A DNA stretch of 63,855 nucleotides, filler included, from Rhabdomonas costata (taxonomy: Eukaryota): assembly GCA_019059605.1 (NCBI GenBank). It is 18 parts of 18 records of this genome, joined end to end, with 100 filler letters (N's around TTAATTAATTAA, not from the genome) between each part and the next. Parts side by side here need not be neighbours in the genome. Positions count along the whole stretch, not along the records: positions 35,779 to 39,204 come from JAHMHO010000866.1; positions 39,305 to 42,728 come from JAHMHO010000867.1; positions 42,829 to 46,250 come from JAHMHO010000868.1; positions 46,351 to 49,769 come from JAHMHO010000869.1; 14 more parts are not named here. The stretch is one strand, 5' to 3'. Shown in pieces: positions 36,049 through 49,300 of this stretch; position 1 is the stretch's first letter, and each line of letters opens with the position of its first letter. The position numbers were made by a program, and so were the translations under genes. The notes beneath the pieces were generated by a model. That model made no database searches, was not told the DNA's origin, and saw nothing but the letters and a program-made list of their open reading frames with translations.

Positions 36049-37272
36049 CTTCCCCTTCGCGCAGCGCTTCCTCGTTGCCGACCATTTTGGGGCACAGCTT
36101 CCCGTACACGTGCTTCTCGCTCCTTTGGAGGGAAAAGTTAAAAACTGGGAGAAATGAGCAAGCAACCCCTTATTTCTATACACTCACTTCTTGCAAACGA
36201 AACACTTCGACAGGGAGAAGCTGTTGCTGACTCATCACCGGGCAAGTATGCTAGCTCAAGCCTCTCTGTTTTGGCACCAGTCCGAAGCGGGAGGTTGAGA
36301 AGGGGACGTTGCAAGGGGAGCCAAATTCGGCACGCCAAAGCGAAGAAATCTGACTGGTCTGGAAAGGTCAGTCCAATTGGCTTCAGTTTTTCATCGTGAA
36401 TACCCCAAAAGAAAACGCACTGCCAAAATGCGTGACTGAGGCCAAAACTGAGAACTCTAAGATGGAACCATGTGTGTGTGAAACACATGAATGGCCTTAT
36501 GCTCTGAAAAGAGAGGAAAGACAAAAGGAAACTTTTCGAAAGCTTCGGTGTAAAAGTACACGCTGCCGTTGGACTCGTATGCAAAGCCATTGGCAATGAT
36601 CTTCTGGATGAACGCAATGATCTGTGGCATGTACTCCGTGACACGGGTGATAGCATTGGGAAGAAGAACCTGCAGATGTCACAGAAGGGCAGACTTCCAC
36701 GTCGGAAGTTGTCATCCACGGAGCAAATAGGAAAATACCAAAAGGAACAACCCAACAAAACAATTTGCACAGACGTTGAGGCCTTGCATGTCCTTCCAGA
36801 AAAGGCGCTCCATTTCACGAGTCAGAGGGGTTGTGTCGATGTTCTCCGGAAGTGGAGTGTTCGGACTCGTCTCCTGCAACCTCTCCACAGTCCGCTTAAT
36901 AATCTTATCGTCTACGTCGGTAATGTTCATCACCTGAAGGGGAAATTTTCAATGACAAGGAGAGGAAAACCCCGGTAGGGCAGAAACGCTGCCAGAAAAA
37001 AGCCACATACCAGAAAAACCTTGTACTTGAAGTAGTCTTGCATTATCCGTCGTATAATGTCAAACGTCAAGTATGCTCTGAAAAGACAAAAGTTTGATCT
37101 AGTTGCCACACAGTCAAAACAAGATGGCACAGCCAATCAAGGAGGTAGTGGGGAACCTGGCGTGCCCAAGGTGAGCCACATCGTATACCGTCGGACCGCA
37201 CATGTACCAGGTAACAGTGTTACCCTTGGCAGGTACAAATGGAACCTTCGTGTTCGTCAAACTGTTGTTCAC
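36049..37272 (-). CDS. CARS: Cysteinyl-tRNA synthetase (eukaryotic type); partial, 5 exons
   Basis: Exons 37272-37157, 37077-37011, 36933-36775, 36669-36533 and 36122-36049: [76 protein letters not shown]. Confidence 0.95.
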
Positions 37273-38299
37273 CTGACAGTAACGCAGCAATAATCGAAGC
37301 AAACAAAAAAAAAGTGTTTTCTTTGCTCAGCATTTGTTCAGCTCAGAGTTGGTTCCATCAGCCTTTGTGCTGGCTCTTTTGCAGGCTCTTTCGATGTTTA
37401 TCTGCCGTCCGGTTGTGATGTTGAAAAAGACATGTCCACACTTTCACCCCACTTTCATTTCGTCACTGGTCAGCATCTGGGGCACTTTGGAGGAAGGGAG
37501 GGGATGTTAAACGGTAGCGCTGTTATGCCGTATAACGTCGTCAAACGTAATGTAAGTCTACTTCTTTCCTCTGGCTAATTATTCCTTGATGGCCTCTGGT
37601 GAGCGGGACTTGTTTATTTAAGGGTCCAAAGCCGTTGTGGGCAAATGCAAGCCTCCCCCCCCCCCAAAGACACCTCCTTTTCTTTGCCCTGTCTGCCACT
37701 GCTCCATCTTCACTTTTGTCTTTTGTCTTTAGAGCATAGAATAGATCTTTTGCAACATCAATTAAATCTTCCTTCCCACAGTTTCCTCGAAAAAAATTTT
37801 ACAATCCAAAGTCGTGAGACCAACTGCGAGCAAAAACCTTCAGTCCCTTGAAAACGCCGCTGAAGCCGGGAGCTTCTGAAGGATGGGCCCAATGAGCCAT
37901 CTGTCCAACCACAGTTAAAATTGAGCAGCGCTTCAGCTTCGAACTTGACCTTGAAAAAGAGAATGCAATTGGCGGGGTGACAGATGTCCTACACGGGATT
38001 CGTAGTATTTTCGTTGCGTCTTCAATAATGCAATCACAGTGTTATTTCCGAAAAATCAGCACTATTTTTTCCGTTATTCTTTCCCATGGTTTCTTGTTGC
38101 AGAGAGAGTCCACCAACTAATCATGCATACATGCATACATGAATACTGCACAAAATCCCCACTTCTCTAATTTTATAAAGGATACATCTATATTTCTTTT
38201 AATTTGATGGAATCACTTTCCTCGTTGAAACCCAGCTTTCGAAATAACAGCATTCGAATATTATGACGGAATTTGAAAGCCAAAGTTAATACTATGATC

Positions 38300-39120
38300 T
38301 TATGATGGGTTCGGCCATAAAAGGGCCTGCCCCTTGCTCCTAAACTCAGGTTTTCTTCTTGGAATTAGATGGTTTGGTAAACTGCCACACACCCCTAATT
38401 AACGTCCAGGATGTCTTAAGCGCGCGCCAGCGGAGTGGCAAAGGTCACAGGTGCTAACACTCGACGTGAATGTCATTTCCAAGGAAATCTCTCAAGGACA
38501 GATTCGTTATTCTTTGTTGCCCTCTCTCCCAGGCATTGTTTGCTATCCAGTTTTCCGACAGTATTCACCATGGTCTTTTTTCTAGCATCCGAAATTGGAC
38601 GCTCCCTCAATTAAACTTTCATAAAAATCTGACTTGTGCAGGGCATCAAAGAACAGCATCCCTGAGAAATTTGCCTTGGTAATGACACCCTCGTTGTCGT
38701 AATGCCTAGGATCTTGGGTCGCGGAGCGCAGCGGGTTTGGAGCGGTTCCCGGGCGGCAGCTCCCTTCCGCCACCCGGACAAAGAGAGACCATCTTCGCAC
38801 GGGTTTCCTCTCCTTCTCAAAAGGCAGCTCCTGTCTGGTCGACAAAGTCGCTGAAAACTGGAGACCAAAGGACCCGAAGCAGGTGTTTCACCTTTTGCGC
38901 GCCTAGACAGTAACGCAATAGGGCAACGGCAATCTGAGGATTCAACTTTGCTAGCAACTCCAGTGCCCGGTGATGCTTGGTGTGAACTTGCTGGAGGAAG
39001 AGGAGCACCGCTTCTCTGCTGCCAGAAGGTGTTCCTAGCACGACCTGTGGCGTTGACCAGTCAGCACGGTTGAGGAGGGTTGCATCCTTGTGCAAACCAA
39101 ATACCGCATCCCACTGCAAG
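38300..39120 (-). mobile_element. Decayed CRE-clade non-LTR retrotransposon (RT thumb to zinc-knuckle region)
   Basis: VLGTPSGSREAV..LELLAKLNPQIAVALLRYCLGAQKVKHLLR matches the CRE-type LGxPxG..QxAxxLLRxC..KxxxLLR. A CHSAGARLRH knuckle-like remnant lies downstream. Multiple stops and frameshifts. Confidence 0.65.
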
Positions 39121-40052
39121 CTGCGTTCGCGAGAAGCACGTACACATCCTCAAGCACCCGCACGGTCACGAAAAGAACAAAGTGTTGAAGCCCGCCAAAA
39201 AACCNNNNNNNNNNNNNNNNNNNNNNNNNNNNNNNNNNNNNNNNNNNNTTAATTAATTAANNNNNNNNNNNNNNNNNNNNNNNNNNNNNNNNNNNNNNNN
39301 NNNNGTTGGTGGGGATTAGTCTAATACAAGGGCCGTGTCTGGCTCATCGTCCAGCAGCCAATTTCCACCACAACAGCGGCAAAAGGCTAAAAAATAAGAA
39401 ATTACAAAGAAAGCAGTACGTTCCACACGCGATGCGGTGCAAGGCAATCACACGATGCTGCGCGTCTAGAGCGGCCGCGGTTGCCCTCACCAAATTCACT
39501 GCAATTTCCTTTTTTAAGGGATGCCACAAGAAGGATGGGGATCACACCTTCAGGAAGGGACAGCCATGGCACCGAGTTGCGGAGAATCTCCCATCCCCCC
39601 GCTGTGCTTCCGCGGTATCGGTACGTGGCGGATTGGAAGGAGCCGTCAGCCTAAAAAGAAAGCAAACTGGAACCCCAAACTGAAGGACTTCAGGCAACTG
39701 CGCCATGCCCAGGGAGCACAAAGAGAGGAGATGTTCAGGAGAGTGCGGGAGGTAGAGAGACAGCAAGTAAAAGAATGATGGAAATGAAATGAAATGAAAT
39801 GTGTGTGTCTGTGTTTGTATTTGACAGGGTTCCCTGAGTACGTGTGAGTGGGCTGAACGGACGGGTGGCTCTGTGAAAGGGCATGGTGATGTGGCCTGCA
39901 ACCAGAAAATGTTCGGGGAAACAGAAGTAGACATGCGGGCTGAAGGGGGCTCGCTTGGGGTGGAGGGTTGGGGGGTCATGAAGGAAGGCAAAACGCATTT
40001 CTACGCCACAGTTAACTTTGTCCGAACCCAGGAAAAAGAGACGTCCACCGAC

Positions 40053-40332
40053 CTGATACTCTGGCACGGTAAAGGAGACGTCCGCCGTGGCCATTACAAT
40101 GTAACAGGTAAAAAGACAAGCTGCACAACCAGGAAATTCGGACACCATCAATTGAAGGGTAACCAACGCGGTCAAACCCGAGACCGCGAGGAATGCCAAA
40201 GTTCACAATCAAGAATCCAACAGACTTTGAATACGGGGTCAATGTTGTTATGAGGCCAGTAACACCCAGAAACACAGAGATTCCGAACAGAACAGTCTTC
40301 TTTCGCCAATATTTATGCCGCGGGTACTTCAA
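40053..40332 (-). pseudogene. Hydrophobic multi-TM coding segment with an apparent 1-nt frameshift near 40200
   Basis: Two overlapping hydrophobic frames (KKTVLFGISVFLGVTGLIT..GFLIVN / LAFLAVSGLTALVT..VPEYQ) join if one T is removed. The segment ends at CAG|GTCGGT. It could be a sequencing error. Confidence 0.3.
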
Positions 40333-40766
40333 AGCATCCTATGAGTTGAGGAAAAAGTTCTCAAAAGTTCACGGTGTAACACACAACATTACATTCTACG
40401 GACCAAATCATTCCTGCAACAAACGAGAGAAAAGAATGATTTCAAGTCAACAACGAAAGCCTCTCCAGCGTGCAAAATCAGGGCAGTTCAATGATTTGAT
40501 GCTGAAGCGAGCAACATCAGCAAACACACTTCAACGTTCCGCAGGGAAACAGCCCGTGTCACCCTACGTTTCAGGTCCCTCACCCTCCACTTGCGAAGAG
40601 ATGTTGTCAGCTGATTCCCATTCTTCAGCATCCTTTGCCCAGCGACAAATATTAGAGCTTGGGCCAACACTTCAGCTCAGCTGAAGATACCTGCCGGTAG
40701 TGGGGACACGTCGACGTGTGTCCGCAAACGCCAAAGATATTATGCGATCAGTGAGCCTCGCGAGGA

Positions 40767-42608
40767 TCACATCTGAAAGCACTTCTCTGCATTTCGGCGA
40801 GTAAATGCGGCGACGTTTTCCGGTTTGGTACCTCGCGCAGTGGCGATCCACGCACAGCTCTTCTTCAGCTCTGACAATACGCCAGCCCCGCTATCACTGT
40901 CGGACTCCAGCAGGATCCTATCCTCGGGAAGGTCGCGTACAACTTTGGCTTTTTTTTTTTTGTAAAATAACAAGCAAACCCCAAAAAACTGCAAAACGCC
41001 AATGACACAGCTCAACATAGCATGCATAGTATGCTGAAGTGTGGTTTAGCGCACGAACCCCTCCCCTCGAAAAACCCACCTTGCAAAAAAGAAACGCAAT
41101 GGCGACGTCAAGAGCAAACTCTTGCAAAGGCAAAGAAATCGCACATGATGTACGAGGTGGAAACACGGTTCTTTGAAGTTCTTTGATATCGCCACAGTGT
41201 GGAATTTTTGCGAAGGACCCATCTCCTGTGCTCAAGTTCAACCAAAAAGCCAAGAGCCACAATCATCAGTCATTGCAGATGTATTATCCTTACGCCCTTT
41301 TTTTAAAATTCTTTTTCCGTCTCATAGAGCAAGAAGTGGCATGGCGGGACAGCGAGCTTAAATAACGTGCGATTCACTGATCGCAATTTGAGAACACAAT
41401 TAAAAGCCACACAAACGGGGAGCAGGATTCCAGGTTTGGAGGTTCTTGAATCACCAGTAGTTGCACACACTCACTGAACATGACGTATGCCGCGGACAAG
41501 AGAAAAAAAGCGAAATAACACGAACAAGCAGGCACAGCGGCAACCTGACTTCGCAGGACACTTGCACGAGAACCCGAAGGCAACAAAGGAATCCCGAGCC
41601 TGCCCAGCCTTGACCAGGCCTTGCGCAGTCTCCAGGCTTCCCCCGTAGGCATGTAAAACAAGCACAGGAGGGATAGCACAGATCGGAGGGGTCCCCTCGT
41701 GCCCAAACAAGCCCCGCTGGCTCTGCCTCATCAGCAACCCAAGAAGGGCCCCGAAGCCCCCCACGCAGTGCACGCAGGCCGGCCGCCGCAGTCTCGCAGC
41801 CAAATCGAGCTGCTCCAGGAAAAGACGCCACTGAAGAGTGTAATGAGCGAGGTCATATCCTGCAGAAAGGCATGCATTCAGAGCAAAGTACTAACGTCCA
41901 ACCAGTGACCGATCACCGCGGGTGTTGTATAGAGAAATCTTGCTTGCATATATTGTGTATAATTGGAGAATCTCGGAAATGGACAAGTTGCAGTTCTCGT
42001 CGCGAACAAACAGGTCAAGACAAAACAATATTGCATTTGGATCTGAACACAACGGGACTTACACAAAACTCAAAGTACCGTCATTGGAGGCACATGCAAT
42101 TAGATCTTGCTTTAAATGCAAGCGCCTATTAAAGGGTTTATCTAGTGAGAGAAACGTCTGTATGTCTCCCTCTTGGTGAGAGAAACATTACATTACGCTT
42201 TCGTGAAGACGCGGTGGTCATAACGCCCATTTCCTTTCCTAAGCCCCCCTCCCCCAAAGCTTTCACTGCTGCCAACCTACCTGGTTTATGAACGCCGATC
42301 TCGCCAACAAAGGCACGACGATGGCGTGACATGTGCAGCTCGAGCCGGTCCAAGTACCCCTCAGAGGCCGTCAAGGCCTTCCAAGGGTGAACACCAAAGC
42401 CAACTGCCACTGAAGGAGGGCCTGTTTTCGGATGAGAGGCGAGGTGGCTCAAAAAACCCCAGTCTGTTTCTTCCACCGCATTGACACAGAATGAGGATAT
42501 GCCCTCGTCCAAGGGAAGCGGCTGAGCCTCATTGGGAGCAACCCCACCGTCAGATGGTGGCCATGCTACACAACCACGGTGATAGTGACAGTGAGAGTCG
42601 AAAAGCAT
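40767..42608 (-). CDS. tatD: TatD-family nuclease, apparently complete, 3 exons
   Basis: Exons 42608-42281, 41859-41545 and ~40948-40767: MLFDSHCH..GFGVHPW..FVGEIGVHKPG|YD..LFLEQLDLAARLRRPACVHCV..LHAYGGS..GFS..LPEDRILLESD..VAAFTRRNAEKCF. Confidence 0.88.
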
Positions 42609-43030
42609 TTCGAACCAAAAAACAACAACAAACACTGCTCTGCAAAAAGAAGTTAATGCTTCTGACGCGGAAAGTCCGCCTTGAGAATAGAACAGCTCGA
42701 CAAACAACAATTAACAGGAAAACACAACNNNNNNNNNNNNNNNNNNNNNNNNNNNNNNNNNNNNNNNNNNNNTTAATTAATTAANNNNNNNNNNNNNNNN
42801 NNNNNNNNNNNNNNNNNNNNNNNNNNNNGTGTTTTGTGAATCGGGCCCGCAGTCTTTTTTGCATACCGAAACGCAGCTGAGGCCGTCCTTGGGCACTCAG
42901 AAAATCATCGGCCGGTTGCGGTGCTCTTCTTGGAGGCTCTTTGGCATCCCTTTTGACCCACTTCCTGTCCCACGCAAACGAGTGCATGCTGCCTATAGGG
43001 AAGAGACCTAACCACAGGCTGGCAGCATAC

Positions 43031-45777
43031 CTCATCGCGCAGGTAAGCGTGTAGGAGTAGTTGTGTAGCTGGTGGCCTCTCGACGGGATTCCTGCCGTGA
43101 AACCAGCGGAGAAACACAACAGTTATCAGAGTTTGGTACGAGAGATGAGCGACCAAAGGGCACAATAGTACACAACTAGGCTTGTTTTTTCCTCGTCTGC
43201 GTCACTTGACCTCACTTCCCCGCACCGCCGTCCTTATCTCCGTGGGAACAACACAGAGTGTAAGCGCAAGACATAGAAAGAGCGCATCCTCGCATCCTCC
43301 TGAACACCCTCGCCCTGAGCCCCAACCACAACACGCTTGCCGTGAGTCTCAAAAATAACCCCCCTAGCCGCCTCTCCGGAAACAAAAACACCAACACTGT
43401 TCTAGAGGTTGGTGGTACTAGGCTTGTAGGTGGTACAGAGGAGACGAGGATCCAACACAAGTTTGGCGCCTTTAAAAACTTCACCATGAAAAAGGCAAGG
43501 CTGACATTTTTGGAGAAGGAAAACACTGGCAAACACATGTCACCCCCCTTTTCATTCACGCCCGTCACCTCCCGACACACACCGCTTCAGCATGCACAGC
43601 AGGAACTCCTGGGCCTCCTTGGTGATCGTCTCAGGTACGGTGATTGGCATGCTGTCCTCGCAGATGTAGTGCATGACCTGCAGCTGGGAGCGAGTGACGT
43701 GCATGAACGGCGCCTCAGCTGTTAGCATCTCCATCACAGTGCACCCTATGGAACATCGGGTATGCACGCTGGCAAACCTGGCAAACGGAAATGACCTCAC
43801 CACCACGAAAAATAAAAAAGCTGATGGGTAAAAATCAACTGCCTTTCATTACCTTTTCATTCCGTATAACTCTTCGCCGGCATTGCGTCCACTGGCATTT
43901 CTTTTAACTTCAAGCAGCACGCAAGGACTCGCAAGGACAAGTTACCAACCCATCTGCACCCGACCGAAGCTCGTGACTCGTTTTATTTTGTGGGTATCAC
44001 ATGGGGGGCCACGGTTCCATCGAATAAAAGAAGAAGAGTGTAATATCGCAGGCGTCTTGAACAGCTACAATTCACAGCACACCCAGGCTCCAGATGTCGG
44101 CCTGCCACCCATGACCGGCCTGGGTGATCACCTCAGGGGCCATCCTGTGTTTGACAATGGGTCATTCGAAGGTCATTCTGACAGAAACGCTTCACGAAAT
44201 TTCAGTTGTCAGATGTTGTTCCACGTGTGCGTGTGTATGTGGGGGTGGAGGTTGAAGTCAGGTCGGGCTTTTCGGAAACGAACATGTAAATGCACAACCA
44301 GCTGCGTGGATCTGCACCTGCATCCCAAGGGGTCATTTTTCGGACGATACACCTTGAAGGAAAGCCCACTGGTTCTAAGGCACGTGCCGGCGCCGGCGCC
44401 GGTGGTAAGTACCCGGGCAAGTGGGCACACCAGTAGGGAGTACCCTTCAAGGACTTGAGGATGGTTGTGGAGAAGTCTGCGAAGAAAGACCACGAAAAGG
44501 TCACGGAGTAGTCTAGCAGTAATGGCACGTCAGAACAGGAGCCAAGACCCACTCAGAAACCAAAAACAACGGCTGGAAAGTGAAGAAAAAAAGCACAGCA
44601 CTGCTGACCCTCGAGGATATTCGCGGCGCCAAAGTCCGCCAGCTTCACATGCCCCTCGACGGTCAGAAGAAGGTTCGCTGCTTTGATGTCGCGGTGCACG
44701 ATGTTGTTCTGAAACGCACATGTAGACACGCTCGCTTGGGCACGAAACCACAACTTGCTCAGTTGGATTGTTATCAATGTTGGCGTGTCAAGTGTCGCCA
44801 CACAACGTACATCTTCCCAATCATCCTGTGCGCCATTCCTTCTTCCAAAGCGCACTGGAGGATAGAGGGACGATTGCTGAAATAACATATGCGTGTTTGG
44901 CGCATAGCGGATGGTACCCATCTGGCGGTTGCCTGGTTGGGGGCTATTCCTGCCCACTTCCGCTGAATCTCCTCTACCTCGGGGTTGTCTCGCAGACTCT
45001 TCGCCCTGGTGCATGTGCAAGTACTGTCGATTCCCGTTGGTGGCAGCATAAGGGCGCTGATTTCTTGGGATACTCGATGGTCCACTTGTATCTCTGCACA
45101 TTGGGACCGTCTCTACGCGGGTTCGTTCTTGGCGCTCCTCCCTCGGGTGCACAAAGGGACACCGTTGGAACTTGCATGCCATCTCGTTCCAGTATCGCAC
45201 TCCTGGGGCACACGTGCTCGTCTTCCGCCTTCTTTCGGCTTCGGTTGTTGTTTTCCCCGCAGAAAACTACCACCGCTGCCACGTTGTTCTATCCCTTAAC
45301 CTTGGAGAGGGAGGTTCGGATCGGTGCCTTGGGCCACCCCGCCAGCGGGAGTTTTTTTATTGGCTGTGAGTATGTGTCGCCCTCCTTCCTCTTCCTTTTT
45401 CTCCTTTCTGCCCTTCTCCTCGTCATGTGTGTATGTGAGCGTTCCACCTCGTGAAGGTAGGCAAGCCCGTGGAGAATTTCAAAGGTGTAATTTTTCACCA
45501 CCTTCTCATCAAGCTTGCCAAAGGTGCTCAGAAGGTTCGCGATAGACCCACCTGAAGGGTCAAAAAAGGATAAAAAAATCATCACAAAAGTTGCCAAAAA
45601 AACTAACACCCACGAAGTAGTGTAAACCGATGGATGGATGTGTGCAAGCACACCGGGGAGGTATTCCATGTAGACGTTGATGGAGCTCTTCTCCTTCTCC
45701 GTCTGCAAGTACCTCACTATGTTGGGGTGGTCCAGGGACTTCATCACGTTGATCTCGCGCTTCAGACAGCCCAGCTT
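43031..45777 (-). CDS. STE11/MEKK-type MAP kinase kinase kinase, kinase domain; partial, 7 exons
   Basis: Exons 45777-45654, 45551-45448, 44708-44609, 44476-44431, 44144-44083, 43745-43583 and 43091-43031: LDHPNIVRYL..MEYLPGGSI..VHRDIKAANLL..VKLADFG..LKGTPYWMAPEVI..ADIWSLGCTVMEM..ERPPATQLLLH. Confidence 0.92.
44780..45260 (-). mobile_element. Retroelement ORF1/gag-like remnant with a CCCH-like zinc finger, inside a kinase intron
   Basis: RYWNEMACKFQRCPFVH follows a basic/Pro-rich stretch; the first Cys lies in an adjacent frame. It sits within the 44709-45447 intron. Confidence 0.35.
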
Positions 45778-45990
45778 CTGTGGAGAAGAGGGGCGAGGGC
45801 AGGCGGGCAGAAGGCATGTTGGTGTGCAGGCATATTGTACCATTGCACTATGCTGGGGTCGTCGACCTGCTCTGCACGTCCCAAGTATGTTTCCCTGTTT
45901 TTCAGGGAAACCGCAAGGGCTCGTGGTTTTCAAACAAGACACGAGAAGTGGTGCTGGGTGAGACTGCACGCCCTGCAGACGAATACCTCA

Positions 45991-46250
45991 AGGTTTGGTC
46001 TCCAAGACTACAGAGCTGGGAAATACTACACAAAGCCAATTTCGACTTTTTTGCTGTTGCTGAACAAAGCGTTTCTCCTTCCCCAGGTGGTCAATTTTGC
46101 TTCCCAATGGGGCATCCTGTCTTCCAGAAAAACCAACACTGACCCAACCGGGGAGAGGGGGGCCCAGCTGGGAATTATTGTCCGAAAAAAGTGCACTAAA
46201 TCGAGCTTTGTGTAGTATTTCCCAGCTCTGTATTCTTGGAGACCAAACCT
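45991..46250. repeat. Inverted repeat of 46 bp (1 mismatch); MITE-like, truncated at contig end
   Basis: 45991-46036 AGGTTTGGTCTCCAAGACTACAGAGCTGGGAAATACTACACAAAGC is the reverse complement of 46205-46250 except for one base. Confidence 0.8.
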
Positions 46251-46499
46251 NNNNNNNNNNNNNNNNNNNNNNNNNNNNNNNNNNNNNNNNNNNNTTAATT
46301 AATTAANNNNNNNNNNNNNNNNNNNNNNNNNNNNNNNNNNNNNNNNNNNNTGTTTTTTGTACAGTCATTTGCAGACACAACACCACTACTTCCGTCACTG
46401 CTGAACAATTGCCCTCCAGCCCTCCATGGCAACCGTCACTTCTGTTGTTGTGGACTCCTAGCTGCTGGCGCAGCGCGTGATCGACCACTTTTCTGGAGG

Positions 46500-48000
46500 A
46501 GGATAGCTGTTGTGGTTGGTACGTGTGGTGTTTGTTGGGTATGTTTTTGTGCTACTGGTGGTGTGGTGTTGGCTAACGTGGTGTGAGTGTGTGTTGTGTT
46601 TTATTGGTGTCCATGCTGCTGTTGGTTGGTGTGTCGTGCTGTGTTATGTTGGAAGATTGTGCATTGTGTTCATGCTGTGTGCTTTTGGTCGTAGTGGTTT
46701 CTGTTGGATATGCATTGTACTCAACCGTTCATAGTAGTGCATATGTCTGTTACATAGGTCCTGTGTTCCTTGCATTGTGTGTATGATGAGAATACAATGG
46801 GTTGCGTGTGATTCGTGTGTCGTTTGGTTATATGAGTTTGCATCTCCGGATTGGGTGGGCTGTTTGTATACATTTTGTTCGTGTTTTAGACTCATGTGGT
46901 GTGGTATAATGTGGTGCTTTATGTCTTACTTTGGCCAGGTTATCTATAGTAGAGTGTGTAGCAGGTTTTGTGGCACCGGTGTGCATTGTAACCTATTGTG
47001 GTTGATGGTTTGTTCTCACTCCAAGTGCTGAGCTGCTTTGTGTGTGGGCTCTTGTTGTGATGTGAATAGTGCTGTGGAAACACGTTCATGGTGTTAGAGT
47101 TTGTGGTTTCAGCCTTTTCAGTGGTGTAAGGTTGGTTGTGGTAGAATAGTGTTGTGTTGATTGTGGCCGCTCGTGATTCATGGCTTGCTCTCATCGTCCG
47201 TGATGGATGACTTTATGATGGTGACGAGTGGCGGTGATGAACGTGTTGCGAATCACAACGTCTTGATCTGCTTTCCGTGTGATGGTGTTACAGTGTTAAT
47301 GTGGTGACATTTGTGGAGTGTGTGTAGTAGTTGTGCATGCTCTGTGCTAGAACCATTGTGCATTTCATGTGGCTTTCCATATCAGGTGCGTTATACATTT
47401 TATTACATTACACATACGTGATACGTAGGGTGTCTGATGTCATAGGGTAAAGGCACCAGTATATGTGCCTTGCTATAGTAGTAGTCTTGTGTGTGTAACC
47501 ATCGATATGTTGTTGTAGTGGTGTAGGTAAGATGTTGGTGGTGGTGTCGACATCATTCTTGCATCCGTGTCACAAAGGTATCAGCCCATGATGTGCTGAT
47601 ATTATCACAACAATTACACCATCGACATCATGCTTAGTATTGCCTCTATGCTATGGTGTTCGTAGTTGGGCTGATGCTGACTCTGGTAGAGCATTTAAAG
47701 TGAGGTCGCCGAGACCGACATGACAGATTGACTGCTGCGGTTAATGTTTGTCACAATCTGTAACAGCTTGTTGCGTTTGACTTGTGTTAAGTGGTGTCGA
47801 TTCATGGAACCTGGGACCTCCATCTAAGAGGGACATAGCGGCTGATGGTCATCGTTCATGTATTCGACCTCTGACCTCACAGACTGAAGGACAGATGTAA
47901 CAAGGAACAAGCGAGTACTCGGTATCTGTGGCCATGGTGGAGCTGTATGGCTGCCTCTCTTCATCACGGGCGAGCCCAACCATACGCACTGTTAGGCTTC
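46500..48000 (+). pseudogene. TG-rich, heavily decayed sequence, possibly a DIRS-type RT/RNase H relic
   Basis: C-poor, TpG-rich tract. At 47161-47230 it reads LVIHGLLSSSVMDDFMMV (YxDD-like context), and at ~47935 MVELYG (RNase H EL motif-like). Weak. Confidence 0.25.
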
Positions 48001-48769
48001 ACTCAACATCAATCTTGGTATCCAAAAAATGACCAGTTTTTTAAGACCATTCTCAAGGTCAAACTGAAAACGTTTTAACCGAAGTGTCAAAACACGGCAG
48101 CAAAAGGAAGCAATTACCATAAAATGTATTGCGAAAACACTTCTGGATGCGCTTTGATGGCGCTTTTAAGCTTTTTAGCATAATTTTGTTTATCATGGCT
48201 CCAAATACGAAAATGTTTACTAACGTAGTTCCATGGCCACGAACGTGGCCTTTGTACCGAAAAGCGCGTGCAAAACTGGAAAATGCAACAAATCTCCCAG
48301 CATTACCTGTTTTAAATCATAATTTTTATTTGGATGTTGTGCTTCTTCTTTTTGTATTGCAATTGTTTTGGTGGGTCAACGGATTCAATTCCTTTGGTGC
48401 CCGTTTCACTGGGCGCATTTTTAAAGTTTTTGGTTGCTCAATTTCCCCAGTTTTATCTAGTTCCACTCTACCTCCCCCGCCATTCCGCGCCGGATTCTTG
48501 TTGCGTAGGTGCCCTTCCGTTGCCCAATGGGTAACACCAACTAGGTAAGTTGGAAGCAAGACAGAATTTGTGGCGCAGTCCTACATGCTGCGCTTATCCA
48601 GCTTCCCATCCGATACCTGCACTTTGATATTGATTCATACAGAGATACCTATCATTGACCGCGATTCATTTATCAGTGATTGAATGCACGGCTATCCATC
48701 TTGTTCATATAAAACACTGCCTGCCAACGAAGATACTTGAGATCTCGGACACATTGCAACGTAGTCTTA

Positions 48770-49300
48770 AATATTTTTGCCACAGCTTTTCACAAACCAT
48801 TTTTCCATAATCACGTTGTGCCACACCCACAACTGCGGCGCTCCACACCAAGACTCTGGGACATCATGTTGCACTATATGTAGATGTTTTGTCAGTATTT
48901 CACAGGAGCCAACCTTCCCAAGGACGTTTTTGCACTTCAAATGCATCAAATCCGTACCGCAATTGTTTTACCTCAGTCTTTAACCTTATTTTGACATTGG
49001 TCTTAACCCTGCACATCACGTCCTCTGTCCACTCCAGTTCTAGACGATAGGTTGAAGGACTTTCTCCCACTCTTTCCTTCGGTGCTTTTGGCTTGTTTCT
49101 TTCCTGAAGGTCTTCCATTACTTTTTACAGCGGAAAAATAAATATAAGAGCGGGTAGTTTAATTCGCTGTTCTGTGGCTTTCACACACTTGGCTGATTTG
49201 CCGAATAGATCACTGCGTATTTCTGCGTTTCATGTTCGGGTTCACGTTCGTGCGCGGAATGTTTTCCATCTATGAAGATTGCGACACTTGATCGCGGTGT
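48770..49300 (-). mobile_element. Decayed RNase H-like and Cys-motif segment of a retrotransposon
   Basis: In order across frameshifts: VAIFIDG, ATEQRIKLPAL (cf. TNxRAELxA), LELEW, then WCGAPQ..H. Confidence 0.3.

Noticed and set aside
43746..44090. Apparent euglenid non-conventional intron in the kinase (ends can pair, GGGTGTGC/GCATACCC; would give ADIW|SIGCT)
   Set aside because: A GT-AG intron shifted by 7 nt gives the equally good ADIWSLG|CT and is more parsimonious. Only cDNA could revive the alternative.
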